The position numbers were made by a program, and so were the translations under genes. Below the pieces are notes generated by a model. The model was not told the origin of the DNA and did not search any database. It was given only the letters and a program-made list of their open reading frames with translations. A stretch of 63,948 nucleotides of DNA, filler included, from Welwitschia mirabilis (lineage: Eukaryota), in assembly GCA_051453625.1 (NCBI GenBank). It is 7 parts of one record of this genome, joined end to end, with 100 filler letters (N's around TTAATTAATTAA, not from the genome) between each part and the next. Parts side by side here need not be neighbours in the genome. Positions count along the whole stretch, not along the records: positions 1 to 21,512 come from JBOZIK010000001.1; 6 more parts are not named here. One strand, given 5' to 3'. Shown here piece after piece: positions 1-12,835 of this stretch; position 1 is the first letter of the stretch, and the number at the start of each line of letters is the position of its first letter.

Positions 1-86
1 CATAGGAACTAGGCATTTATCTATTAGTTTATCTACAAAACAACTCAAAATACCCTATTAAATACACTTAAGTTGGCGTCGCAACA
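1..86 (-). mobile_element. End of a gypsy-type LTR (minus-strand start TGTTGCG) inserted into a copia pol gene
   Basis: Ends ...GTCGCAACA directly before the copia DANWAG motif; the LTR at 14035 has a similar ...TTCGCAACA end. Confidence 0.45.
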
Positions 87-540
87 GATGCAAATTGGGC
101 TAGATGCAAAGATGATTGCAAGAGTACAAGTGATGAATGCTTTATCTTTGGAAATTATCTCACAGCTTGATATAGCAAAAAACAATATTCTATATCTTTT
201 TCTACTACTGAATCTGAGTACATAGCCATTTAAGCATTTTGTATTCAAACCTTGTGGATGAAAGAGATCTTAAGAGACTATGGGATAAACATCACAGAAG
301 TATCAATTCTTTGTAATAACTCAAGTGCAATTCAAATAGATCATAACTCAATCCAATACACTTGCACCAAGCACATCGATATCAGGTACCATTTTATTTG
401 TGAATTGGTATAAAATAAAATAATTTCATTAGAGTATGTATGTATAGAAGATCAATTGGCTGATATTTTTATAAAACCTTTATCTTCAGATTATTTTTTA
501 GCCCTTTACTATTTTCTGAGTATCAGTTCAAAAAGGACCT
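87..540 (+). pseudogene. Ty1/copia (Sirevirus-like) RNase H remnant
   Basis: Decayed D(A)NWA-CKDD-KSTS, STTESEYIA, NSSAIQI, TKHIDIRYHFI and EDQLADIF-KPL motifs, with stops and frameshifts. Confidence 0.9.
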
Positions 541-1130
541 GTCACACCCAGCCTCATCTAAATAATAAAATTCAGTGAGGGGGTCTAAATTTTTACTTAT
601 TATATATATTTGAACCTCGATTGATCTCTTTTCAAAGTAGGGCAACCGCTTTCTCTTAGTTTTCATATTGTTAAACTTTTCGTTTTATTAGATTGACTAA
701 AACATTCTGTAGGGTCAACTAGTTTAGTCTTAGTTTTTATTGTCAAATCCTGTAGCAACTAGGTTAACCAAAAAATTCATTTTAGTCGACCTCTTTTAAG
801 TAATATTCCCAATCACATCAGGTCAACCTCATCTTTTACCTAGATCAATTAAGTTTTATTCAGACTTCAACTATAAAATATCATCTTGTAGGGTTGACTA
901 CTCTATTCGCTGGGTTAATTACTACCTTACTATTAGGTTTTTAAAATTTTACATGGGTTGACTGACCTTTCGATCGGTAGCCTACGTTTAAGGTGGTGCG
1001 CTGCGGATTTTTAAAATCCACATGTCCTTTTCTTTTCTTATCTTTTTGGCGCCTCTTTTGTCATTTTCTGAGCTTTTGAGGGATCCTCTTCCACTTTTTC
1101 CATGTGATTTTTCTTAGATCTAGGCTTAAA

Positions 1131-2040
1131 ATGGAATCTTCTTAGCTAGGAGAGGGATCCAGAAAAAGAAGAAAGAAAGCTGATATCAAACCTCTAGGAT
1201 GAGCACTAAACAGTTGAGGCATTTTGAAAAGTACTTTGAGACTAGCCCATATCTCTAGAGAGAACTTATGAGCTAATGTAATTTCTAAGCCTAAGAAAGA
1301 TCCAAACCCTGCTAGAAGAAGTCAAATGGGATTACTTTCTTCACATTTCTGGCACCTGCTATCCTTTAGTAACTCAGTTGTTCTATTCCAATGCTAGGCA
1401 TGATGCTTCTTAGTTAACCTTCATTATTATAGTCTTTGGTTAAAAAATACATATTACTGCAGATCTCATAGCTTTCCTTACTGGCCTTCCAAGAGGAAAC
1501 TAGGGTGAACACTGGTCCATGGCTAAGTCTCTTAAAGAGAAGGATGTAACCACTCACTATATGTGTGGCACATACATCACTTGAAAGAAGATCCTTAAAG
1601 CTTCCTAGCTTCTTTCAAGATTTCATCTTCTGCACCTCATTATGTTTTACAACTTTCTTCTAGTTGTTGGGCATAGAGATGAAATCTCCATCTATTGGTC
1701 TTTCTCCTTTATACATCGGACTAGAGAAGAGACATAGATGCACTTGGCATAATGCTCAAGCATATGGCCAACTAGCTTCAACTGCACAAACGGCGTGCCC
1801 TGCACTATTCTTTCCTCATTACTTAGATTTGTCATTACTTTGACATTCCACATCTCATTAGGCAGGAAATCTAGAAACCAATGGGACCTATCGATCATGC
1901 TACATTATCTAGGATGCATATTTTTGAGAAACCAGCCACTCCTTCTTGGCCTAAGATTAAGGTTTCTTAGACCTTCGAGATCCTCCATCTTTTGCATTGG
2001 ATCGATTCATGGACTCATCACATCAAAGAGGCACTGATTG
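1131..2040 (+). pseudogene. Sirevirus-like extra ORF (ORF2, env-like / plant transposon protein), decayed copy 1
   Basis: Downstream of RNase H; reads ...CYPLVTQLFYSNA...HITADLIAFLTGLPRG...; homologous to 2706-3680, 22733-23120 and 39230-39753. Confidence 0.7.
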
Positions 2041-2705
2041 TAAGTGGTACTCTAGTTGCTGACACCTCTCAGAGTGAGGGTGTTAGTCTTCTAAATCCTC
2101 TGAGTCCGATTAAGTCTAGTTATTTGTCATTATATCTTCTAATCTGTAGTTGTCCTTCTTGTCCTTGATTTCATCAAAAAGGGGGAGAACAATTTATACT
2201 GTTTTATCAATTCTTTTGTCACTTATTTGTATTGAAAATTGAGAAAATGTAACTNNNNNNNNNNNNNNNNNNNNNNNNNNNNNNNNNNNNNNNNNNNNNN
2301 NNNNNNNNNNNNNNNNNNNNNNNNNNNNNNNNNNNNNNNNNNNNNNNNNNNNNNNNNNNNNNNNNNNNNNNNNNNNNNNNNNNNNNNNNNNNNNNNNNNN
2401 NNNNNNNNNNNNNNNNNNNNNNNNNNNNNNNNNNNNNNNNNNNNNNNNNNNNNNNNNNNNNNNNNNNNNNNNNNNNNNNNNNNNNNNNNNNNNNNNNNNN
2501 NNNNNNNNNNNNNNNNNNNNNNNNNNNNNNNNNNNNNNNNNNNNNNNNNNNNNNNNNNNNNNNNNNNNNNNNNNNNNNNNNNNNNNNNNNNNNNNNNNNN
2601 NNNNNNNNNNNNNNNNNNNNNNNNNNNNNNNNNNNNNNNNNNNNNNNNNNNNNNNNNNNNNNNNNNNNNNNNNNNNNNNNNNNNNNNNNNNNNNNNNNNN
2701 NNNNA

Positions 2706-3680
2706 CATCTCCTTAGCTAGGAGAGGGATCCAGGAAAAGAAGAAAGGAAGCTACTATTAAACCTTAAAGTTATGTATTCTCCAGGATAAGCACTGAGTCA
2801 CTGAGGCATTTTGAGAATCACTTTGAAACTAGTCTCTAGGTTTGGAGAGAACCTGTGAGCCAATATAATTTTTAAGCCTAAGAGAGGTCTAGACTCTACT
2901 AGAAGAAGTCAACTTAGGTTACTTTATTTACATTTTTGATACTTACTACCCTCTGGTAACTAGGTTGTTCTATTCAAATTCTAGGTATGATGCTTCTTAG
3001 ATAATCTTCATTACTTTAGTCTTTGACCAAGAAATATGTGTCACTGTAGATATGATAGCTTTCCTCGCTGGCCTTTTCAGAGTAAACTGGGATGAGTACT
3101 AGTTTATGACTGACTCTTTTAAAGATAAGGATGCAGCCACTCACAATGTGTATGATACATACATCACTTGGAAGAAGACCCTTAAAGCTTCCTAGCTTCT
3201 TTCAAGATTTCATCTTCTACACCTTATCATGTCTTACAATCTCCTTCTAGTTGCTGAACATAGAGATTATTTCTCTAACTATTGGGTCTTTCTCCTTTAT
3301 GCACTAGATTGGAGAAGAGACATAGATGCTCTGGACTTAATGCTCAAGCATATGGTCAACCAGCTTTAGCCACACAAATGATGTACCTTGTCTTATCCTT
3401 TCTTCATTGCTTAGATTTGTTATTACTTTGACATTCTACATCTTATCAAGTAGGAGATCTAGAAGCCAATGGGGTCTATCAACCATACCACATTGTCTAG
3501 GATGCACATTTTTGAGGAACTGATCGCTTCTTCTTGGCCTAAGTTTAAGGCCTCTCAGACCTCAGAGATCCTTCATCTTATACATTAGATCGATTCATAA
3601 ACTCATCACATCAAGGATGCACTTACTGGAAGTGGTACTCCAGTTGCTGACACCTCTCATAGTAAGGGTGCTTAATCTTC
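2706..3680 (+). pseudogene. Sirevirus-like ORF2, decayed copy 2
   Basis: Colinear with 1137-2100 but with many substitutions; followed by several AAAGGGGG-type PPT motifs (about 3761, 3945, 3994). Confidence 0.7.
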
Positions 3681-4002
3681 TAAATCCTCTAAGTCTAATT
3701 TAGTCTTTTTGTTTGTCTATATTCAAATTTTAGCTATTCTCCTCGTCCTTGATTTTATTAAAAAGGGGGAAAACATTTTGTAACTTTTTGTCACTTCTTT
3801 GTATTACAAATTGGAAAAATGTACCTTTTACCATGTAATGAAATTTTTTTAAGTAATATAAAGACAATTATTTTTGTGAAAATTTTTTTGATCTTTTTGA
3901 TACAAAACTTATTTAAATTTAATCTTATTCCAAGATAAATGAGTTAGGGGAAGAACCCATATGTCAAATTAGTACTTTTCCTCAATCAATGACAAAGGGG
4001 AA

Positions 4003-5374
4003 GTTTTTTGAGAACCCTTTATCATTGGTTAATTTAATAAGTTTTTGTAGTTAGTCTTTTATGCAGGTATTTCTCAGCACTGAGTGACCAACTTATAATG
4101 TTAGGTGACTGACTGTTAAAGAACTGTGACACTCCTTTAGGATCAAGAAATCACACATGTAACACTAGGTGATTGAACTAACACAACTTAAAGAAGACCG
4201 GTTCAAACATGAACAACTCCTATTCATACACAAGCGACCACATTTCATGTAGTGAGATCTAATCTAATAGCTAAATGGGTGATTGACAGTATTCTTATGG
4301 GTAATCACATCACACACAGTAAGATCCAATCTGATATTAGGATGGGTGACTGACTGTATTCCTATGGGCGACCGAATCACATGCACTAAGATCTAATCTA
4401 ATAGCAGGACAGGTGACTGAAAGTATTCCTATGGGAAACTGCATTACACACAGTAAGACTCTATCTAGTAGCAGTACAGGTGGCCAACAATATTATGATG
4501 GATGACCATATGACAATTGATAGAATCTAAATCTGTAATTATAAGGTTGACCGAAGAACATGATAACAAGCAACCGCATTCTGCCCAAAATCTTCCCTCA
4601 TGAGGTCGACTGAATAAAAATGATTAGGGAAACCTATTTAAGGTTGATTACTTATTGACATAAGGGCAACTAAATTTGCTCCTATTCTATACTAAGAATC
4701 TATGGTAAGCAAGGACGACTAAATGGTATAATAAGGGCAATCATAGAGGCGTCCCACCGAGTCTCACATAATGTTGACTGTACGATGGAAAAATATAACT
4801 GTTATGAATACAATGATTTATTAGAAAAAGTGTAATGGTTCCTTTAAAAGCATAATGATTCACTACTTCCCATGAAAACAGTTACGTTGTATGTCTTCAG
4901 TATAAAAGCTCTCCTCTAATTAATAGAGGATAATACATTGATTGTAAAATGCAATATTGAAAAGAAGAACTATTATACTCTCTCATAGTACATCTAAACA
5001 ATCTTTAAGATCAAATTTCTATTTTGCTTGTATCATTGCACCTTCTTTAGAAGAAGAGATTGTTGTACCTTATAGAAGATATCTGTGCATTTGTGCATCC
5101 TTCTTTCTTTCATTCATCTATGATTGAGGATAAGCCTTAAAATCCTCTTTGGTTATGAAAGGTTATTTGGTAAGCTTGAAAACCATTCTTGGTAGCTAAT
5201 ATATGCCAGCAAACATAAGGAGTCTAGAAAGCTAAAGGGTGGTATCTATCCATCATTAAATACCTTATTTTTCGTATTCTTTTAAATTTATCATATTTGC
5301 AGGTTGTAAAGAATAAGGAAACATGTTTTAAAAGACCTATTCAACCTTGTCTAGGGTTGATCCTTGACTTTTAC
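4003..5374 (+). mobile_element. Sirevirus-like 3' LTR
   Basis: Follows the PPT AATGACAAAGGGGAAG; TATA-like TATAAAA at about 4901; Sirevirus-type end CTATTCAACC...TCTAGGG at about 5337-5357. Confidence 0.7.
4254..4520 (+). repeat. About 67-bp tandem repeat x4 inside the LTR U3 region
   Basis: Unit is approximately AAGATCTAATCTAATAGCAGGACAGGTGACTGAAAGTATTCCTATGGG...CACACAGT. Confidence 0.8.
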
Positions 5375-8300
5375 TTCTGTATTATTGTCCATTTCTAGGT
5401 AAACTTCCCTTAATTTTTTATATTCTCCATTAATATAAACTTTTAGTCAGAAATCATTAGATTCTTCTATTGTTAAAACCTTAGCTTCATCATCATTAGG
5501 ATCATTTAAAAATGTAGATATAATATTGAATTATTTTCTTTCCTATATTTTTATAGAAGTATCTAGTTATTTTATAAAATTCTTATTTAATTGGTTATCA
5601 ACTAAAGGATAATAACTTGATTATATTTTCAACATAAATATTTTGTCATGATTCTTTTATCATTTTCTATTCTTGAAAGATTTATTTTACTTACTCCTTT
5701 TTTAAATCTCTTTTCTAAGTTTGATAAAATTCTATCTACTATTTCTTTAAATAAAGATGACATTATCACAACACAAAATGTTTAAAGATTTATCTTGTTA
5801 AAAGGTATGTTATATGATTTTTTTTAAATAAATATAAAAAACAACTACAAAAATAGTCAGCTATCCTAAATAGACTTAACTATAACCTTGATAACTTGAA
5901 GACATGCCCTTCTTCTTGTACCAAATTGATGGAATGAGAGATTAAGATTATTTATGTTGATTTATAACATCAAACTATGTAAAAGATGGAATAATACATG
6001 TTGTTACAATCTCAATCTCATAGAGCTATTATAGAGATATTTTATTTCAGAGAAGGCCTTAAAGGATCTAGTTTAATTAAATATGAAGTCTATGTTTAGG
6101 TTTATTATTTAGATTACTGAAGATAACTTCTTGTAGAAATTAATGATTCTATAAAACTTGTAAAGATTATCTCTTAGAATAGTAAAATACTTTGTTAATT
6201 TATCCAACTAATTATGTTCATATAATATCAGATTAGAGGTTTATGTAACATAAGGTAACAGAATAATGATGGATAATACCTATTTTTAAGCAATGTTATA
6301 TCCTAAATACCTAATTAGTAATTGATATAGGAGAAAGAGAGAAGAAAATCTTACTTTTTTAAGTTATATAATAGGTCACAATACCTTTTAGCATGCAAAC
6401 AAACCAAAATAGGATTCTAAAAGATAATTTTTTAGTTTTAAAATATGTAATCAATGATAAAATAAAATCATAATACAACCATAATTATTTTTAGAAATGT
6501 AATTCTTATACTATGACAAATAAACTGATTATAAATAGTGTTTTCTTCATAGGTCACAGCTAAAATAAATAAGAGTGCTTCAATGGTGATCCTATCTTGA
6601 TATCATTTTTGGGTGTTATGCAAAAAGTGCCAAAAATCCATCTAATGATAGCTATAGATATATTCATACAAGTTCTAAGTTTTGAGAGGAAGGACACCTA
6701 TACAAAAATGAGCAATAGCTATTCCTATATTAAGGAAGTGCATTGCCACTTGTTATGCATGAATTTAGTGGATTTTAAATAGATTTCCCATAATTATCTC
6801 CACTTCTAATGTGACATTTACATATAATGGATTTGTTTTTCTTCTTTCCACAATGATTTGCTATCATGTTCCAATCTTTAAACTATAAAAATTAGCCTAA
6901 GAATTATTAAATAAAAGTAAATAACATAGTTAAATTTAATGTCTTCTATGTAAAAGGAATCATTATAAATGGCTAAATATTTAGAGGTGATAAAAGTTTT
7001 ATCCTGATGTTATTCTTTGGATATTAATTCTAAATATATTATCTTGATTAAGTTACAATTAAATTCCTCTTTCTTATCATGATAAAAATAATGGCATGCT
7101 ATTGAAAATCTAAGCATTTATTTCTTGATTTTATGAAGTTATCAGGAATGATTATTTTTGGAATTTGAATAGACTATATATTATGACTAACTTGTCTTCT
7201 TTTTGCTTATGTTAAAGAACTTAATTCTTATATGCATCTTTTTAATAATTATTACTTTGCAAATAAGTTATTACTATTTTAATGAAATATTATGTAGCCA
7301 GTGGCTAGATAAAATAATGATTTAAGAATATGGAATTATTATCACTTTTTTTCATGATGGTGTCTCTTTATATTCTTGTATCTCTTCACACCCTCACATT
7401 CTCTTACTATAAATAGGACTTCCTTCTTCTCTCATTTTCACATATTTGACAAGTCTTTGTTATTAAATCTTGACTACTTTAAACTTAAAGCTTAAGAAAC
7501 TTTAGAGCTTTTAACTCCTCAAAGAGATTTGAAGTCCTTAGAAATTACATCTAAATTTAGGTATGGTCACATTTAGTTCTTGCATCCTTGAGTGGTCCTA
7601 TTATTTAATGCATTTTTAATGTATAGTTATGTTGTTTGTTCATTTTCTTAGAATCATCTTAAGATTATTTAAAAGTACATCTTACCACTTCTTAATGAAT
7701 TTTCTATCTTTATCATGAGTTATAATTTCTATTATCTTCTTGTAAAATTATTAGAAAATTGAATGAAAATGTAATTCAAGTTATTATTTTTGAGGATCTA
7801 CACTTTTATTAATATATCTTACTTATACTTCTTATGATATCTTGGATTTTTATGATCTGATATAAATGAGTATTTCATAGATTACCAAATGAGGTAGTGG
7901 AATTAACAAAATCACAAATTGCTAAATGATGTAGTGGGATCCGTAGATCACCAAATGAGATGATGGAGTAAGAGAATATAATAAATTCACAAATTGCTAG
8001 ATGAGGAAATAGACCACATAGATCATTGAATGAGGAAGTGAAGGGAATTTAAAAAATACATATATGAGAAATTTATAGAAAAACTAGTTATTCTCATATC
8101 ATTTCTATAAGATTATCATTAAAAGTCTTGATTCTTACCTTATCAAACAAAGTGAAAGAGGACTTTGTGATGCGAAATTAATTGGGAAAGGAAAACTTAA
8201 AAATCAAATCAGAAAATTACATTACATGTTTAGACAAATTAGTAATTTAAGATAAAGAAAAGTAATTATTAATACATAATTATCAATTTCCAATTTTAAA

Positions 8301-10119
8301 AAAGAAAAACATGTGCTTAAGTACAATGATAAGAAAGAAACATAGTGTTCGTAAGACTCAGAACTACATCAATAGTCATAGGTCTCTGTGTGGAGAGGAC
8401 CAGAACTCAACCTCCATTTCAATATCACCATTGTCACCTATCTCCAGTGGTGGATTAATGATAGCCTCATTAACCTATGAAAAGAAATAAGATATANNNN
8501 NNNNNNNNNNNNNNNNNNNNNNNNNNNNNNNNNNNNNNNNNNNNNNNNNNNNNNNNNNNNNNNNNNNNNNNNNNNNNNNNNNNNNNNNNNNNNNNNNNNN
8601 NNATCCATAAATTACTAAATGAGGTAGTGAACCCATAGATTCCCAAATGATGTAGTGGAGGAAAATGAAAAATATATTAAACATTTATAGAAAAATAGCT
8701 TATTCTCAAATCATTTCCATAAGATGATCATTTGAAATTCTTAAATGATCACCATTTCTTGGAAATTCTTGATTCTTGTTTTATCAATCTTAAGACTTGG
8801 GATCCTTTAATATTTATCTTGTCTTGACTAGACCATACTAAGAGCTATGAAATTTTCATGGTTCTTACTTCATACTTCTTATTTGAATAGTTGGAAAAAC
8901 TAGAGCTTAGTTTTTTAGGAGGGCATAGAAAAGTGAATATTATCATTCTAGTTTATGTTGAAAAATCATTTTGAAGTGAAACTTATAGTTCTTTTATGTA
9001 TCTTGAAATTTTAGTGATGAAATTATTGTGATCTTGATAATACTTCCCAAACTAAAGTATGTGTATTCTTGATTAAACCTTTTTGAATTTGTAATAGAAG
9101 ATGTGATCAATTCCGATTTTCTTATTAAAAATTTCTATATTTCATTATTGATTTTCTTGTTAAAGACTTCTATATTTAGATCGTTGAATCTTTAATATAA
9201 TCTACTAAAATAATTATTGATTTTATAGAAGTATCATTATCCTATAACTTTAATTATTGTTGAATTAATCATTTGTATAATAGGTTATTTTTATTTGTTT
9301 AATGATAGAATAAATAAAGCATCATGGAGGAGAGGATCATATTAAGAGGAAAGTTATAATGACCTTCAGAAGATTTCTTTTCACAATAGAATAGGATGGA
9401 AGTAAACTATTTTAATGAATCAATATTTTATTATTTAATAAATATAACATTTTAAGGATAGCTAGAAGTTTTACATAGAAATTACTAGTAGAAANNNNNN
9501 NNNNNNNNNNNNNNNNNNNNNNNNNNNNNNNNNNNNNNNNNNNNNNNNNNNNNNNNNNNNNNNNNNNNNNNNNNNNNNNNNNNNNNNNNNNNNNNNNNNN
9601 NNNNNNNNNNNNNNNNNNNNNNNNNNNNNNNNNNNNNNNNNNNNNNNNNNNNNNNNNNNNNNNNNNNNNNNNNNNNNNNNNNNNNNNNNNNNNNNNNNNN
9701 NNNNNNNNNNNNNNNNNNNNNNNNNNNNNNNNNNNNNNNNNNNNNNNNNNNNNNNNNNNNNNNNNNNNNNNNNNNNNNNNNNNNNNNNNNNNNNNNNNNN
9801 NNNNNNNNNNNNNNNNNNNNNNNNNNNNNNNNNNNNNNNNNNNNNNNNNNNNNNNNNNNNNNNNNNNNNNNNNNNNNNNNNNNNNNNNNNNNNNNNNNNN
9901 NNNNNNNNNNNNNNNNNNNNNNNNNNNNNNNNNNNNNNNNNNNNNNNNNNNNNNNNNNNNNNNNNNNNNNNNNNNNNNNNNNNNNNNNNNNNNNNNNNNN
10001 NNNNNNNNNNNNNNNNNNNNNNNNNNNNNNCTATTTTAATGAATTAATATTTTATTACTTAATAAATATAACATTTTTAATTATAGCAATTAGTGGAAAA
10101 GTGATGTGTTTAGAATATA

Positions 10120-10330
10120 TGAGATTCAAACCCCTGACCTTGTACTTAACTACTCTCCTTCTTTATCATTACAGCAATAAGCATATGTTTAAAAAGAAAT
10201 CATTTCAAATGTATTTAAGCTTGTAGTGATAGTTTATAATTACATATAATGTTTAAAATAAACTGTAATGATTCAAATTCAAATCCCAACCTTTTCCTTA
10301 ATTTTCCACTTTCTTTATCATTACACTATC
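10120..10330 (-). repeat. Two degenerate tRNA-derived (SINE-like) units
   Basis: Minus strand has an A-box-like GCTGTAATGAT and a B-box-like GGTTTGAATCTC; a related unit occurs at about 10270-10330. Confidence 0.35.
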
Positions 10331-11124
10331 CAAGTGGACATTAAATAAAAGAAGTCATTTCAACTTTATTACTCTAGCACCATCCTTATTTAAGTAAAAA
10401 GATTAAACCGTGAAAAACCAATACCATAATTGTGAATTTACATGGGATGGCTAAGGATTAATAATCTATTTCTAAAATAGATCTTAGACATTATGTTACT
10501 AATTAATAGATAGGGTTAATTCATTTTTCTTAGTGTTTCCCTTCCTCATTGATGTAACCATGTGAATAAGATGGAGGATAATCATTTAACCCTATTCTTT
10601 TAGACTATTCCAAATATCTTCATGGTGCATTTTTATTGAAGGGCATTAGACGATGGACTTGATTTGAAGCAATGTTTTGGTTTTACAATCCATAATGCAA
10701 TCCACTAATGGATTAGCCCTGCATATCACCAAGGATCTCACAGAGGTTAACAAAAGAGCATAAGGTATAAAACATACTATAATCACATACTAGAGGCTCA
10801 AACTTGATAATTTGACCAAAAGTACTCTTGAACAGTGATGAAAGTATAAGAGGATTAAAAAGCAAAGAAAAATATTCCACAATGAATGATTGCATTCTCT
10901 ACATCAACATAAGCCATTTCATATTTCAAACCCTATTTTTAGTTGCTTAAAAGATGAAGATGCTTTTGCCCTTCCATATGGCTTTTCTCTCTAATGAGAT
11001 TAAAAGAATTAGTTTTATGCTTAAAGTTGAAACTCTATCATATGAATTTCTATAAACTCTTACTTTACGAATCTGGATATCAGTGACCTTTCTGAGGGCC
11101 TTTGTTTTCTTCTGAGTTGGGTAA

Positions 11125-11580
11125 AGCACTTTGAATTTATCATCCAATAAAATGTTAAATGGCTTAACATATCTATGAATTATGCATGGATTATAATCAT
11201 GTGAAGATATTCTAATCCTTGTGTAATGCTTAAAGCAATCTTTAATCGAGTTATTCAAGCTTAACTTTTCCTCAATGATTCTACATAAATAAACTTATTT
11301 TAAATAATTTGCACTTAAAATAAGAGAACTAGAAAGTGTACTAGTACCTGCATGTACATATGCAAAATGATATTATCATAGAAGTTGTGTATCATAAGCA
11401 TTGTAAAAGAGGTCTTCTTTTATATCTGCGATGAATAAAAATATGTGAATACACGAGGTTAATTCTCATATTTGTAAAATCCTTCAAGGATGTATCTTTG
11501 CAAGTGATAACTTTCAGCTTCTTTACCTCTTTTATTTTACTCAAATAGTACCTTTGCTCTTCTATAAGCAAAGCCTTTCT
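11125..11580 (-). pseudogene. Receptor-like Ser/Thr kinase pseudogene fragment with intron remnants
   Basis: Minus strand reads [40 protein letters not shown] (catalytic-loop HRD changed to HRY, frameshifts); upstream VKKLK...KDFTN; AG/GT-bounded pieces. Confidence 0.8.
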
Positions 11581-11689
11581 ATTTTTTAAAATAACAGAGT
11601 GATATAAAGAAGAGTTAAAAGTGAGTAATGAAGGAAAGAGATGTAGTTCAATGATCCTTTCACTACAATGTATAATATTCTAGTTTCAA

Positions 11690-11775
11690 CCAACCAATAG
11701 GTTGGCACAGTGATCATGTCAGTCACTTATTAATAATGCGGTTATAGGTTCAACTCTAAGAAAAAGTAAAAACTT
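11690..11775 (+). mobile_element. tRNA-derived SINE remnant
   Basis: A-box TGGCACAGTGA and B-box GGTTCAACTC at tRNA-like spacing, followed by an A-rich stretch. Confidence 0.45.
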
Positions 11776-11889
11776 AATTTTTGTATACTGAATTAAAAAT
11801 TTCGAGTTGAAAATTTTCGTATCCTCCTACTTATGAATTCCTTGCATATAAATATTATATATTAAATATTATAACTAAGATATTTTTAA

Positions 11890-12088
11890 TGTTATACCAA
11901 CTCATAGAAATACTTAAGCCTGTATATCTTTAAATGTTATTTGTAATCTAAGGTATATAGCATGTCATTTATATAAATATTTAAGTCTTGGATTTAATAG
12001 TCTCTATTAATCAATAATGGATTTATTCAAAAATCATAATCCTTGGTTTAGATCATTATAAGCTAGTTATATAAATATGTGTGTGTGT

Positions 12089-12163
<75 letters not shown>

Positions 12164-12318
12164 TGTGTGTGTGTATGTGTGTGTGTGTAAAGTTTTAGAC
12201 ATAAGATATTTTGAAATCTTATAAGAAAATTATTATTAATAAATATGAGTCTTACATAGAGAAATTTAAGTATTATTTTGTTGACAAATTTTTAGTTATT
12301 TAAAATCTAGGTATTACA
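11890..12318 (+). mobile_element. Short LTR of a Tekay/chromovirus-like gypsy element
   Basis: Inverted ends TGTTATACC...GGTATTACA; tRNA-iMet PBS TGGTATCAGAGC at 12322-12333. Confidence 0.65.
12078..12188. repeat. (GT)n microsatellite, about 55 units, interrupted
   Basis: Direct reading of the sequence. Confidence 0.98.
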
Positions 12319-12539
12319 TTTTGGTATCAGAGCTAAGTTTGCAAACTAACTGGGCATAATTACTATCAGTTTGCAAATTCACTAGGAATAACTATTGTTA
12401 AACTTACAACTTCACTAAGCACAACTATTATTAAAGTATATGTTGCAATTCCACTTGGCTTAACTACTATTAAAGTTGTAAGTTTTAACATGGAAATCTA
12501 GGTTTATGATATGTGTAGTTTGATTTTCACAAGATTGAC

Positions 12540-12835
12540 ATGGCCCCAAGAAGAGCAGTATTGACTAATTAAAGTTCCAACATTAGTAAATATAGTTAAC
12601 AACCTAGTGGATGAACTTCATAAACATAGCAACAATAGGGAGGATGGTGATTCTTTGATGAAAATGATGATGCAATTTAAAAGGATGAATCCTTTAACTT
12701 TTGAAGGTATCTACAATGTAGCTGATGTAGAAGCGTGATTGACTTCTATACAAAGGGAGTTAGAATTATTCAATACTACTATCAAACAGAAGTCGATACT
12801 AGTAATCCATCATCTTGTTAAAGGAATAGCATTAT
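12540..12835 (+). pseudogene. Tekay-like gag 5' fragment
   Basis: MAPRRA...QFKRMNPLTFEG...DVEA(W to stop)L; interrupted by the next LTR. Confidence 0.7.

Noticed and set aside
2223-2760. Long ORFs in the ORF track that span N runs
   Set aside because: Artefacts of translating gaps.
4254-4520. Regularly spaced repeats as a CRISPR-like array
   Set aside because: Whole units are homologous with no unique spacers, and they lie in a plant LTR.
5375-5770. Coding-looking minus-strand stretch (possible pararetrovirus or transposase relic)
   Set aside because: Many stops and no motif I can identify.
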